Assembly: GCA_013239625.1 (NCBI GenBank)
Contig: MU053557.1
Span: 565,063-629,062 of the forward strand
Direction of reading: 5' to 3'
Origin: Lama guanicoe
Lineage: Eukaryota
Length of the DNA stretch: 64,000 nt
Below the pieces are notes generated by a model. It did not search any database, was not told the DNA's origin, and saw only the letters and a program-made list of their open reading frames with translations. A program made the translations under genes and the position numbers. This document shows positions 24,969-37,925 of the stretch, piece by piece (position 1 is the stretch's first letter; each line of letters starts with the position of its first letter).

Positions 24969-26004
24969 TTCAGAGGGCATCGGCCAACTTCCCTGTGGGT
25001 CAAAAACCATCCTCTTCCCTTGAACACTGCAAGAGATAACCCCTACAGAACAGACAGAATGAGCCTACTGAAAAGGACAGGCAATAGACAGGGCATAGGG
25101 ACTTAGATCTAGAGAGGGGTTAGGAACCATGTAGAGGGGGTGGGGTGGTGCAGGAGCTGGGAGCACCAAGGCTGATGAAACAAAGAAGGTGGGCTCATAT
25201 TTTGATGTATTCCAGGCAATCCTGATGGAGCCATTAACTACACTTTGTATATACACTTGGATATTCAATCAAATGTTATTAAATTTAATTAAATTCAAAG
25301 AGTTGGAATCATTACATGACTAATTTAAGGCCTCAGGTTGGGCGCTTTCAACAGACAGCCAGCATCTGGTGAGGGCTGTCCATGCCTGTAGAGGGGGTAG
25401 CATTACCTCTGTTCAGAGGGTTGAAAGTTCTTCATTATTTGAAGATGAGTGTGGGAGGAGGAAAAGCTAGAAACATCTCCACTGAGGAGTCAGATTCTAA
25501 AATAGAACTTAAACACCATTAGTTTTTTTTTGTGTGTGTGTCTTTGTATTCTTTTAAATGGGTCTTATTTTTTTAATATCAAGACAAAACAAATTATTTA
25601 CAGCAAATCAGCAAATGCAAATTTAGAAAAACGTTTTCTGATAAAGAACAAACAAAAAAGGAAAGAAAAAGATGAAAAGAAAAGAAATATTTCTCATAAC
25701 CTCACCAACCCAAGACATCTACAGACCGGAGTTAACAATTTTGGTGTATATCCATTCAGTCATTTCTGTCTGTGTGTGTGAAGAAAGCAATTATTCACAC
25801 ACATGAACATTTATACACATTCAAAATACACTCTTCACTACCTCTACTCTAGGATTGAGGGTAAATCCTTCTAACTTCAGAGTCTTTTGATAGATAACAT
25901 TATCATATTCAGTACAATGGTCAAATAACTGAAGATAACTTTAAGAGTTGGGGGAGGGGAAATCGGATTGAAGGAGGGAGGGCAGAGCTAAATTATCTGC
26001 ACAA

Positions 26005-26480
26005 GGTGGCCACGGGGGCTGGGGAGATGGTTTCCCTCTGGCGGTCACCACTGCTCCATAGAGGACACCACTGCTACTCCCCTGAACGCGTCACAGCTCC
26101 CGGGGCGCTGTGGCGGCTGCCCCTCCCACGACCACCGCTGCTCCTCTGGGAGCAACAGGGCCTCCCTGTGACCACCTCTGCTCCGTGGGGCTCCACGGCC
26201 GAGGCTCTGGGATCCTCTGCGCAGTGTCTCTAGGGAAGCAGAGAGAACGGCTCTCTCTGCCTCGGTTTACTTTCTGCCAGACAGGTGCATGTGATGTCAT
26301 TTTACTTACAGCTGCTCGGCTCTTTAAAAGATTCATATTTCAACCAGGGGAGATATAACAGAAGGATAAATCCAAAGGACAACCCCACACTCTAGAAAGT
26401 TCCCCGCACAGGGAACTAAGGCTCCGCTGTGACTCCAGCTGGCGGTGCTGAGGTCCTTCTATTAGCAGGAATTCTCTCCT
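26005..26480. promoter_or_regulatory. GC/CpG-rich non-repeat element, candidate enhancer/promoter
   Basis: About 15 CpG counted in 26011-26270, repeated caccNctgct motif, E-boxes (cagctg, caggtg) and CRE-like tgatgtca downstream. Confidence 0.35.
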
Positions 26481-26538
26481 GAAAAGATCTTCATTCCTGC
26501 AAAGACTTCTCCCAAATATGCCTCTGTGTGTATGTAAG

Positions 26539-26556
26539 CACGCACACACGCACACA

Positions 26557-26588
<32 letters not shown>
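26539..26588. repeat. (CA)n microsatellite, imperfect
   Basis: Direct reading. Confidence 0.95.
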
Positions 26589-26931
26589 TTCACCCAGCAG
26601 GGCATACAACTGCAGTATTTTTTGGTCTTGTTTTTTGTTTCCCCCAGGAGGGACCTCAGTTACTGTGCAAATAGACTTCTAATATTCTAACCCACACCTT
26701 TGTGCCAGAAATGCCCAGACATGTCAGAAGTCCCTTGACCTTATTCATTGACTTATTCCTTTCTGATCAAAGCTCAAAAAAGTCCCACGTTCCAGTTCTG
26801 AAGCTACAAAGTAGTACTCAATCTCAACCCAAACTATACAGGGTTTTATTTTATAACATCTTAGGAAGAGCCATGAATGCCCCATTGAAGTATTTGGACA
26901 TAATTACATCAACAATGAATTAAATAGCGGG

Positions 26932-26971
<40 letters not shown>

Positions 26972-26974
26972 TGT
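26932..26974. repeat. (TG)n microsatellite
   Basis: Direct reading. Confidence 0.95.
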
Positions 26975-27169
26975 GATATTCGTGTATGCATGCACACATT
27001 TATATGTTACTCACCTTTAGGGGCTTGTCATTTTTTTAGTCCCCTATATGCAGCCAAAATATCAATGTTCATGGTCAGATTTAGTATTTATAAGGCCTAA
27101 ACAACCCGTGGTGGAAAATTTTTAGGAGATTTAATAAATAACTTGAGTAAAGCCAGAGACCTTTGAGCA

Positions 27170-27695
27170 CAACAGTGGCTATGTTCTCATCTGCCCAGCA
27201 TCCCCTTCTGTGGGGGAGTCAATCCTTACCCATTCCATGTAGTTAGGAGTCAAAAGCTAGCCCACTGTGTCCTGCTCCTGGCATATGCCTCGGGCTTAGC
27301 CAATCAGGGCACTGCAACCTCTGGCACACAGTGGTGGTGAGTTCAGAAAAGGGCATGTGATTGAAACGCCGTCAGTCAAAGGCTTCTGGACTCTTTCTTT
27401 ATCCTGGAGACATAAAGAGGGATTTTCATCTCTTGTTCTGAATTCAAAGCTGTAAGACTGTTGTGAACACGGAGCTATTTATTGATGGTCTCTTCCTCAC
27501 TACAAAGAGAGCGTCTTCTGAGAACAAAACCAGAGTCCAACTGAGCTGAGAGATGCAAAGAGAGACCAGACTCTCATGGTATTATCTGAGCTCTTGGAAG
27601 CAAGCAAACGTGGCTTCCCATTTGCATCAGCAGATACACTACTTTTTTCTTCTCTTGTACTTAAGCCCGTTTAGGTTGGTACCTGGCTAACACAC
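27170..27695 (+). mobile_element. Old MLT1 (J/K/L-like) LTR
   Basis: ctgcccagcatccccttctg...ttagccaatcagggc...gggcatgtga...cttaagcccgtttaggttgg. Confidence 0.6.
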
Positions 27696-28613
27696 TCCAC
27701 AATGCAAAATAAACTCAGGAGAAAAAATGGATAAACTGATATAAAAAGTGCTGAAGGCAGATTTGATCTAAAGAAGAAGGAAGTATTATTATTCTGTCCT
27801 GGAATGGGTACCAGAATTCAATCAAAGGAAACATAATATTTGCACACCTTAATCCTTTACAAATGAGAAGTTTAGGACTCACAAGCTTGCCATCTTGGCC
27901 AAGGGCACATTGCATATAAGAGGAGAGGACAGATGTGAGTCTGGGTTTGTTTCCAAATTCCAAGCATTCTTCATCGGATAAGGAGAAATTAACTACTCTG
28001 CCGACATATTTCACTAAGCAAACACAGGGAGACAAGAAGAGAATACAATGAGCATGCAGGTTACGACACCAATAATTCATTATGAATTACATGATTCTTT
28101 TTGTTGTTGTTCAATGTTGATAAATTAAGTCTCTCAACCTCCCTAGCCCCGAATTCTACCCCGGTTAGAACCTGGTATATCATTTCCTCTACACCAGGAA
28201 AATGCCTCATCCAGGCCAGATACATTTGATGCCCACTGCAAAGAGCTCCCACCCTGCTATAAAGAATGGACTTCCTTTAGTTCTTGCCACAAGAATCTTT
28301 AGGTACCTCTATTGACCTCTAGTCTCTCCCCTCCTCTCCTTTTTCCTCTGTCCAATTCTGATCAAATTTAACTCATTCTATTTCAACAAATACTTATTGA
28401 GAATCTATTATGTGCTGGATGCCGTGCTGAGCAAATAACCTGGTTGAAGAACAGATTGTAGCTTCTTGTCTCAAAAGAATGAGTGATGTTTGCCTCCCTT
28501 TTGATCCATTCTCCACCTTCCCATCCCAGTAACCACACTTGTGTGTGATGGAGATTGAGTCTTCTGTTGGTAAAGAGAAGTAACTTGTTTTTAAAAGTCT
28601 GGGTTAAGGTCAC

Positions 28614-29033
28614 TGTTATAGGTTGAAGTTTAATCCTCCCTCAAATTCATATTGAAGTCCTAACCTCCAATACCTCAGAATGTAAACTTCCTGGAATTTA
28701 CAGATATAATTAGTCAAGTTCAGATGAGGTCATTAGGGCAGGCTCTAATCCAATATGGCTGACGTCCTTATAAAAAGGGGAACTTTGGACGTAGACATGC
28801 AGAGAGGATAGATGATGTGAAGATCCAGGGAGGACACTATGTGAACGTGAAGGCAACCACCTACAAGCCAAGCCAAGGAGAGAGGCCTGGGAGAGATCCT
28901 TCCTTCACAGCCATCAGAAATACCCAACCCTACCGACATCTTGCAGCCCCAAGAACGTGAGACAATAAACGTCTTTTGTTGAAGCCACCCAGTGTGTGGT
29001 CCTCTGTCGTGGCAGGCCTGGCAGACTAACACA
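28614..29033 (+). mobile_element. MLT1B-like MaLR solo LTR with 5-bp TSD
   Basis: tgttataggttgaa...ctaatccaatatggctgacgtccttataaaaagggg...gactaacaca; TSD gtcac (28609-28613) / atcac (29034-29038). Confidence 0.85.
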
Positions 29034-30549
29034 ATCACAAGCTGGCTGTCATCAAACGTGGTCGATCTGGCCTCAAGAGGCTTTTATTTTTAATTGCATC
29101 AAAATTTTAAAGTTAGGCTATTTCACCTGAAAAAACCTAGATCTCTGCTTTTCCTGAAATATTGGAAAATGTAGAGTTCTGAGCTTTTATTTCCATGTGG
29201 CATAAATCACCTAGAACTGGGTGGCAACTTTCTCCTTCAGATGGGCACACGCTCAGTAGCTCACCGCCATCCTTGCCAGTCCCTTTGCCTCCCCCTAGAT
29301 GGAGTGATGGCTGCTTCGGTCAAAATGTTCCAGTCCACTGTGGTCCCTGGCCTAGGCTTACTGAAATATGGAGCCAGCGTGACCCAAGGTGGGAAGTTTT
29401 CAAGGTTGAGTGAGGGAGAAATAGTGTGACCAGAGGAGAGAGGCTGGATTCTCAGAGATCTGAAGGGGGACAGAGGATGAAGAATAACAGGAATCTGAAA
29501 TCACACATGAGAAAAGGTAGGATGGGAATAGAGCACGGCCCAGTGGGCCCTGAGCTCGTGCTCTGTGGTGTTGGCAGCCATGCTGAAGGTGCCAGGAGCC
29601 AGGATGGGCACTGAGGGGAAGGATGCCGTGAGCACAGGAGCTGCTCACTTGGGACGGTCCATGTGAACAATGAACATCTCAGTGGCACCATAATGGGCCG
29701 AAGAACAGAGGCCCTTCCCCCATGTTTCAGGACCACATTAACCCATCAGGACGGCTGAATGCTGCCCATGCCACGATCTCACCCCAGTAATGACTGATAC
29801 TGGATTTCTTGTCAATCCTGGGATTCATTTAGATCTAGGAAAATAACATAGGTGAATTTCCTTACACTTTAATAACATGGAGGGAATTTTTAAAAAGAAG
29901 AGTCCAATCTTTTACTTCATACCCACTTTACAGATGAAGCCCAGAGAGGTCAAGTACCTTGCCCAAGGGCACACAGTCAGCAGTTGTTTGAAAAAACAAA
30001 GCCTGTTCCCCTCCTCCTCTGTGAGTTCTTTATTAATAAGCTATCAGCTGGTAGAGCACATGCGGCAGAAAGTTAAGGTCACTGGTGACCTCTTCTTGTT
30101 CCAGAGAGCAGAGGGGCTTGTCTTTCCCATCCAGGGAACGTGCGCCCTTTCAAACAGGTCTCTAAGGAGCTTTGCTGAATAAACATGAACACCAGCAATC
30201 ATTCAGAATTGGAAAGCAGCATAAATGGTCCCAGATGCCAATGTCTTCATCTACAAAGCTTTTCCCCAGCACTAGAGTTGGCATTTTTCATCACTGTGCT
30301 TCAGCTGGAATAGTACCTGGTAAGGCTTCCTGAGGACTGCAAATTGCAAAGATAGATTTCATGTTGTAGGAAGGAGCATACTAAGCATTATTATGTTAAT
30401 AATAAACTTGCCTTAATTCTCTTCTAATTCTGGAAGTAATTATTACTGTGTACAGATTAAGAAGGAGCTAGCTTAATGAATGTTTGGCGAATTCTGGAAG
30501 AGCAGCCTTCCTGATAGATGCCCAGGAAATTGAAAAAGCTTTTTAGGAG

Positions 30550-30765
30550 CTAATATTTATTGAACAATTACTATGGGCCTAGCTAGTCATTCTACACTGT
30601 GTTAACTCAGTCAATCCTCACAATTTTATAAGGTACACTGTATTCATATCCCCACTCCACTGATGAGCAAAGAAGCTTAAGGAACTTTCCCCGGGTCATA
30701 CAGATAGCAAGTGGCAGATCTTCAGCACAAACCCATATTTGTCTGATTCCAAAGTCCTTGCATTC
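30550..30765 (-). mobile_element. MIR SINE
   Basis: taatatttattgaacaattactatgggc...aatcctcacaa...ggtcatacagatagcaagtggcaga. Confidence 0.7.
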
Positions 30766-31300
30766 ATTTTCTATTGCTGTATAACAAATGATCACCAATT
30801 TGGTGGTAAAAACAAAAGCCATTTTTGGAATACAGATTTTACAATTCTATAGGCCGAGAGTCCTGTGAGTTTGGCTGGGCTCAGCTCGAGGTGTTTAGCA
30901 CAAGGCCAACATCAAGGGAAGGGCTAGCTGGGCTCTTATCTGAAGGCTCTGGGGAGCGTCCACTTTCAAGGTCATTCAGATTGTTGGCAGAAACCAGTTC
31001 CTCATGATTGTGGTACTAGGGTCCCTCTTTTCCCACTGGCTGTCAGCCAGAATCTGATCTTTGCTCTTAGACACCACCTGCATCCCCTTTCACCTGTCCC
31101 CTCCATCCTCAGAGCAGCAAGGGCACACCACGTCCTTCTCATGCTCAGGCCCTTAGATCAGGCCTGCCCAGGTAACCTCTGCGTCTTAGGATCAAGTGAT
31201 ATGAAATTTTACTTACACCTGCAAAATCCCTTCACAGCACTACCTAGATTATTCTTTTACTGACAATAACCAAGGGGACAAGAAACTTAAAGAGGAATGA
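30766..31300 (-). mobile_element. MLT1 (E/F-like) LTR
   Basis: ttttctattgctgtataacaaatgatcacc...acaattctataggcc...ttgttggcagaaaccagttcc...tgcaaaatcccttcacagca. Confidence 0.75.
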
Positions 31301-33429
31301 CACAGGCTCGGGGTAGGATAATAAACAGGGCAAGATACCAGAGAGCAGTGAGAACTAGGGAGAACCAGTTCCAACGATGCTCTAAGTACAGGGAGCTGCC
31401 AAGATACAGCTCACCCACACTGCTACCACTGGGGACAATAAAAGGAGTATTTATGGCACTTCCAATTCTCCAAGGTCAGAAATCTGGATTTTTTTATGTG
31501 AAATTATTCAATTAGGAAACATTTACAACTACTTTAAAAATAAAACCCATCTGTCCTTAGCTAGGTGAGACCTGCCGGCCAACAGTTGGAAACCAAACAA
31601 ATTCTGTGACCATGACTGTCTTCTCCCTGATTCCTTAATCCAGGCACTTGTAGTGTCCCCAGACCCATACCATAGCCCTGCTTCAGCACATGTACTCTCC
31701 ATCTTGAGTACCATCCACATAGCTGCTCACCATACTCCCAAGGGTTTTCTGAAGACAGTTGATCTTGAAGCTAGGCAAATTCTCTCTAAAGCACCTGGTG
31801 TCAGGCTTCTCCAGATGGTCCCAATGACAAATTTTCTGTTCTCTTACAGAAAATCTGTACAGACTGCCCCCAAAATCACCCTTTCCAGATTGTTGCTTGT
31901 CAGCTTGCCCTACTAAGTTGAAAGAAAGCAGGAACCGACCGTGCCTTATTTGAATTGATATCCCCTCATTTGAATTAATTACCTAGACATGCCTAGTAAG
32001 TATTTCTTGAAGAAGCAAAAGGCATTCTGCAACACTGAGCACTCTCTACATACTCCCAAAAGTTCACTGGACATCCTGGGACTGCGTTCAGAACTGAAAC
32101 TACAGGGAAGAGTGTTTGAGAGTCTAAATATGGAAATTAATAAAACAGCAGAGCTACAGAAGATTTAAACATCTTTTGAATGGACATTCATTTTAAAAAG
32201 TTCTTACTGATTAATAATTGGAAAAGAACCCCCGTGGGGAGGACACAGGGGAGGGGCGCTCTACTGAGCTGCAACTGAGCTGCAACTGAGCAGCCAGTGT
32301 TGTCACACAGCGGAGTGCACGGCACAGCTAGGGTGGACAAAGCAGGATGATTGTAAAAATAAGACTGCTAGTAATGTGGTAACTCCAACAGTCCTTGATT
32401 ATTTTACACTTCAATCAGTCAAGAGCGTTAAGGACTGATTTACAGATATGTACATAGACATTCTACACCCAACTCCTTAATCCTTATAACAGAAGAAAAC
32501 ACTAAAGGGATGTCTAGAATGGAGTGAGGGCTTGGACCACCCATTTTCCATCAACTTGTTCCTTTAGCGTTAACTCAAGTAATATTGTTAATCCAAAGCA
32601 GATCAGGTCCTGGACATTCCAGGGAAACAAAACACTACAATCCCTCGTCCATATTTCACTATCACTATTATGGAAACTCTTCCTAGTACAGCTAGATGGC
32701 AGGTGACAGCTGCCTCAGGCTTGGCCCTGCCAGAGATACTCCACTTCACTCCAATTAAATACCTGTTCATACTTTCATGTTACCCTCATATACAGGTGAT
32801 GTCTATACTTTCCTGTACAAACAAACACTAGTGGGGCATCCCAGTAAAAGCCCACTGACCTGGAGTCGAGACCTCACCCAGTCCCATCTCCTAGCAGCAA
32901 ACTCTGTGATCCTGAAGAAATTACCTAATCCCTCTGCGCCTCGTTTTCTTCATCAGTAAGATAGGGATCCTTTCAACTATAAAGATGTGTGAGTCTCCTG
33001 CTTTCTTACTGATAAGGAATTGTCTTAGTTATATCAGTATTTCCTTACTTAGACTGTTGGCAAGGACTGTTTCTATACAGAGTAATTTTACTGGTAAAGA
33101 ACCCAGACTACTGGTACACAAAGAGTCCCCACATCTCTGAAGCCAAATAAACCATAGTTGAAACACAAAACTACACAGTTACTCTCTCATTCTACACTGC
33201 AAAGGAGAGTTTCTTTGATTATATGGGATTTGCCTTCCATGTTTCTTCCGATTTAAGAAAAAAGAGCTACATAATCATGTACTGGAGAAACTGACTGCTT
33301 CTAAAATCCTTCAGTCAGAAAGAGTATTTTTTTATAACCATAACCAAGCAAGAAACCCTTAATGTTTAAACCCAGGGAGCAAGGAGACAGAATCTCATTG
33401 GAAAAAAAATACCAGATATATTCATCAAA

Positions 33430-33470
33430 CACCACACACACATACATACACATACACACACACACACACA
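33430..33470. repeat. (CA)n/(CATA) microsatellite
   Basis: Direct reading. Confidence 0.9.
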
Positions 33471-33849
33471 GTCCATCCACCCATCCCTGCCAGACTCCAA
33501 CAATTTCATTCATTCTTCTGATCTCTCCCAGGACACACTGGACTTCAACTCTCTCCTTTGCTGAAATTCTTATGTGATATGGACAACAAAGAAATTAGGT
33601 TAACATTATAAACATAATTTCGTAAAGCCAGAATCTCGACATGGAACCAAGGTTTATGAAGGGTGAATAGGAATACTCTTCATGGAAGGGGCCAGTAGGA
33701 GGGGTGTAGCCAAGCTGGGACAGGGAGACCTGTGTTTGAGAAACAGGAGCCCTCCTCTTTCTCAGTAGAGCAATAGCTTACTCCAGTGATCTCCAAGCAG
33801 GGGAGGGAGTGGCTCCAGTGGGTGTGACAGGATGATCCAAGGAGTGTGA

Positions 33850-35140
33850 GGAGAAAATTCTAGAAAACATCAGAACTGCCATTTGTATTTATTTTTATAT
33901 AAAAATTAAAAGAAATCAGGACTTCCTAATATTGATAACATTCTCACATCAGCAGCTTCTTTTGGTCAGTCCATTGCCTCCCCTACAGTGTTTGCATTGG
34001 TCTAGTTATTAAGTGAACCTTAATATTAAGTACCTAAACGAAGCTAACTTTTACCAAATGGACAAATGACAATTTTGTAAAGAGACAGAATTTGAAAGAT
34101 AACATCAATTACCCAAGTGTATTAACGACAGAACTGGCATTTCTCCCTACTCCTAGCATGAGTTCCTCATCAGCTGCATATTTAATTTGTCCTTTCAATG
34201 TACAATTTTGCGTTTTAATAACAAGTGAGAAAATAATTGCTCCTTGAAGGAAACTTATGCTATGGTAAGAGCATTCTGAAAATAAATATTTGGAAATGTT
34301 TTTGTCATTATGGGATTTCTTGCTGAAAATATATGTGAACATGTCTCCTCTAAAAACTCTCATGTCTATGCACTTAAAACTGTTTACCGTTAACATCTGC
34401 ATGGCAAACATATGGTCACTTCTGCCCTGCTCTCTACACAGAATTTATCTGCCATGTTTAAATCTACTCAGTACTTTTGAAAACTTTTTGTATTCCTAAC
34501 CTCAGCATTCTCATTTTTGCCATGTTTTTCAAACCTGCCATAAAAATCTTTCAACTGAAGAATTTATTTCAACATGACCTTTTCATTTCATTGAATAGAA
34601 TAAATAATTGGCATCAGAGGAGATGGAAATTTGTCAAATTTCAATAAAAATTTTTATATAGTCAGTGGGTGGATATGAAAAAATGTGTAGCATAATTCAA
34701 TGATTTCAGCCAATGATATCTTCACTCCATTTGGTTCTGTGGCTCTATCATTTTCAACTATGATAGGAACTACAGAAAAGAGAATTAAATGAAAACCACT
34801 TCACCGGCTCGCTTTATCATAAGTAGTTAAACCAAGATCTTAAAAAATAATGAAGCTTGGTCAATGACATTGCTCTCTCTAAAAGTATTATTAATGATAT
34901 GTTTAGGGAGAGCAAAATGGATGTTTCTGTATTGAGATATTAATTCATGTTAAATAGTATTTATTTCATTTTTATCTCATCCTTTTTAATATGTATGTAT
35001 GTACATTTTCTAAATATATATCAGCGTCAATACATCACAGGTCTATACTGTAATATTCTATAATATAGCAATACCTTAAATAATTTTCATTTATCTGCAA
35101 ATAAACTTACAATGAATAAGACCTATTTATGAAAATTTGG
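33850..35140 (+). mobile_element. hAT-Charlie DNA transposon relic with decayed transposase C-terminus
   Basis: 34709-34882 translates ANDIFTPFGSVALSFSTMIGTTEKRIK*KPLHRLALS*VVKPRS*KIMKLGQ*HCSL*, resembling the hAT dimerisation domain and xHxSH end of Charlie/Buster transposases; outer limits approximate. Confidence 0.7.
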
Positions 35141-35244
35141 TAGATGCCTTATCAAACGAATTTGGAGACTGAAGATCTAGATGGCAAGAGTTAGATGCAT
35201 GCTCTCAGTCTCTTTCCTGTAATCCAAAGCAGAAAGCTGCCTTA

Positions 35245-35447
35245 CCACTGACACTTGAACGACACAGGTTTGAATGGCACAGGTCCACTTATAAGTGGTT
35301 TTCTTTCAGTAAACACGAACCACATGATCCCTGGTTGGTTGAATCCCCAGATGCAGAAATGCAGGTACGGAGGGCTGATTGTAAAGTTACATTTGACTGT
35401 GTGGAAAGCTGGTGCCCCTAACCGCCTCATTGGTCAGGGATCAACTG
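35245..35447. mobile_element. Tigger2-derived (MER8-like) MITE with TA TSD
   Basis: Degenerate TIRs ccactgacacttgaac / ggtcagggatcaactg, flanked by TA at 35243-35244 and 35448-35449. Confidence 0.8.
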
Positions 35448-36149
35448 TATATGACAGGCCAAGCCCTGCCGTTGTAGCCACGGCACCTTCTATGATGACA
35501 ATGTGCGTCTACCTTTAGAGCACTCCAAAAACACAGTGTATGTATGACCTCTGAAATATCCTTAGATATTAGTGGAAGTCCAGGCAAAAGTGGTTAATAA
35601 AGACAGTTCCTTAGAGGCTGTCACAATGAATTTCAACATGCTTCTTACTCATATATTGAAGTTTGAGCAGAGCAGACAGTGCTGAGCAAGTTCAAACCTA
35701 GGCTCCCGAACAAAACGCTCATTTTGTAGATTCTAAAATAAACTGCTAACAAAGAAGACCCTTTTCTTTTGTAGGTTCCAGCAGCACTTCCAGCTCGCCC
35801 ACTACAAAAGTTTTACTGGAAACAGCATTTGATGTACCCAGCTGAGTGCACCAACACCAGTGTATTGCTTGATCTAGCCCTGAGCTGCCTCTAGAGCCTT
35901 CCCTGCCACCCCGAGTGCCACCAACTGCATAGCACTGTCGTTCTGCTTCTCTACACTTTCTGGATACCAGAAGCAGTTCTCCAGTTGAGGTAAACCCAGC
36001 TCAAGAACTGGCAGACCTCACCCTCGAGGTCAGAAGTTGCCCAGAGCTCCAGAGACGGAGTCTCCAATGCCATCCTTAGTGTTCAACCTGAGTGGATTTC
36101 AGATGCGTCCTGGGTGGTTTGTAACTATACAGAGAACTGGGTGCATTTC

Positions 36150-36345
36150 TTAGGAATTAACTATGTGGCTGCTAAGCGCTTCCCGTGTATTTTCTCACTT
36201 AACCTTGTTACCAGGCAATTATTACCCTCATGATAAAATGGGAGGGAGGGTTGAATAACTGGCTGAAGTTACACATCTAGTAAGTGGAAGATCCAAGATT
36301 CAAATCTAGATGGACTTGAGAGCTGCAGTCTCAGTACAGTGCTCT
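36150..36345 (-). mobile_element. MIR SINE
   Basis: tgctaagcgcttcccgtgtattttctcacttaacc...acacatctagtaagtggaagatccaagattcaaatctag. Confidence 0.7.
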
Positions 36346-36574
36346 TCTGCTTTTTCTAAGATTTGCTTTTCTGCTTGGCTGATAATTTGCATGATAAGGG
36401 TGTTAAATTAAGACCAACTAACCCCTCCTGGACTCTTCCCACTTTCTAAATGTCAATTTAAAAAAATCTATAGATAATGATCATGTTCTTATCAACAAAC
36501 TTTCCACAAAGAAGGATAATTAAAATCCATTAAAAATCAATTTCCACTTAGAATATGAAAGATACTGTATGTTT

Positions 36575-36682
36575 TAAAAGGGAGTTGTGACTCCGAATAG
36601 GCAACATACTGAACATACTGTATGATTCCAACCATATGACAGCCTGGAAAAGGAAAAACTATGGAGACAGTAAAAAAAAAAA

Positions 36683-36738
<56 letters not shown>

Positions 36739-36920
36739 CAGGGCTACCAGGGTTTTGAGAGGTGAGAGGGAAGAAGAGGTGAAATCGGAGATTTTTTAGA
36801 GCAGTGAAACTATTCTATGACATTATAATGATGGATACATGTCATTATACATTTGTCAAAACCCACTGCATGTACAACATAAAGAATGAACCCTAATGTA
36901 AACTGTGGACTTTGGTTGAT
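36575..36920 (+). mobile_element. L1MC-type 3'UTR fragment with internal (AT)n(AC)n(AT)n microsatellite
   Basis: atactgtatgattccaaccatatgaca...ggatacatgtcattatacatttgtcaaaaccca...gaaccctaatgtaaactgtggacttt. Confidence 0.8.
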
Positions 36921-36939
36921 TTTTAAAAAGTGGAGGGAT

Positions 36940-37925
36940 TTGTGACCCAAAAATGCTTTTGAGAAAATAGACAAGTCACACACCAGAAGAAAATATTCTC
37001 AACAAGTATTTGTGCCAAAGGGCTTCTGTCTAGAATATATGAAGAACATCTATAACTTAATAATAAGACAGTGCAGTAAAATAAATGGACAAAATATCCA
37101 AACAGACAATTCACATATTTTTCACACTTTTGCATAAAGATGATATGCAAATGGCCAACAGGCATATGAAAACGTGTTCATATTATTAGTCATCAGGAAA
37201 AGCAAATTCGAACCATGATAAAATACCACTACACACCTTCTAGAAAGGCTAAAATATAAAATATTGACAACATCAAATATTGGAGCACCTGGAATTCTCA
37301 CACATTACTGGTGGAAATGTAAAATGGAACAACCATTTCAGAAAACTGGCAGTCTCCGCAAAAGCTGAACATAAATATACTCTGCGACCCAGCAATTCTA
37401 CTCTTAGCTGTTTATCCAAAAGAAACAAAAGCATATGTACACCCAAAGCCAAATAAAAATGTCCATAGCATCTTTTTTCACAGTAATCCCAAATTGGAAA
37501 CATCCCAGATGTCCATCAATAGGAGAATGGATTAGTAAACTATGGTCTTTTCCCATAATGGAGTCCTCCTCTGCAATAAAAAGGGATGGGCCACTGATAC
37601 CCCCAGTAACATGAGTCATTCTCAGAAACACTTTGCTACATGAAAGAAGTAAGACGCAAGAGATGACATACTACCTGATTCCATTTCTATAAAACTCTGA
37701 AATATACAAAACTATCATTTAGTGATAAATAATAGGATTAGTGGTCATTTCTGGGAGGGGGATTGCCTGCGCAGGGACATGGGAAACTTTCTGAGTCGAT
37801 GGAAATGTTCTGCATTTTGATGTGGGCATGTTCTACACAAGTGTATGCTTTTATCAGAAATGGTTGGACAGCACATCTAAGATATGAACATTTCACTTGT
37901 GTAAATTATACTTCAATAAATAAAC
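36940..37925 (+). mobile_element. L1ME/MB-type ORF2 3' end and 3'UTR
   Basis: aaatggccaacaggcatatgaaa...ggtggaaatgtaaaatgg...gacccagcaattctactc...tgtaaattatacttcaataaa. Confidence 0.85.
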
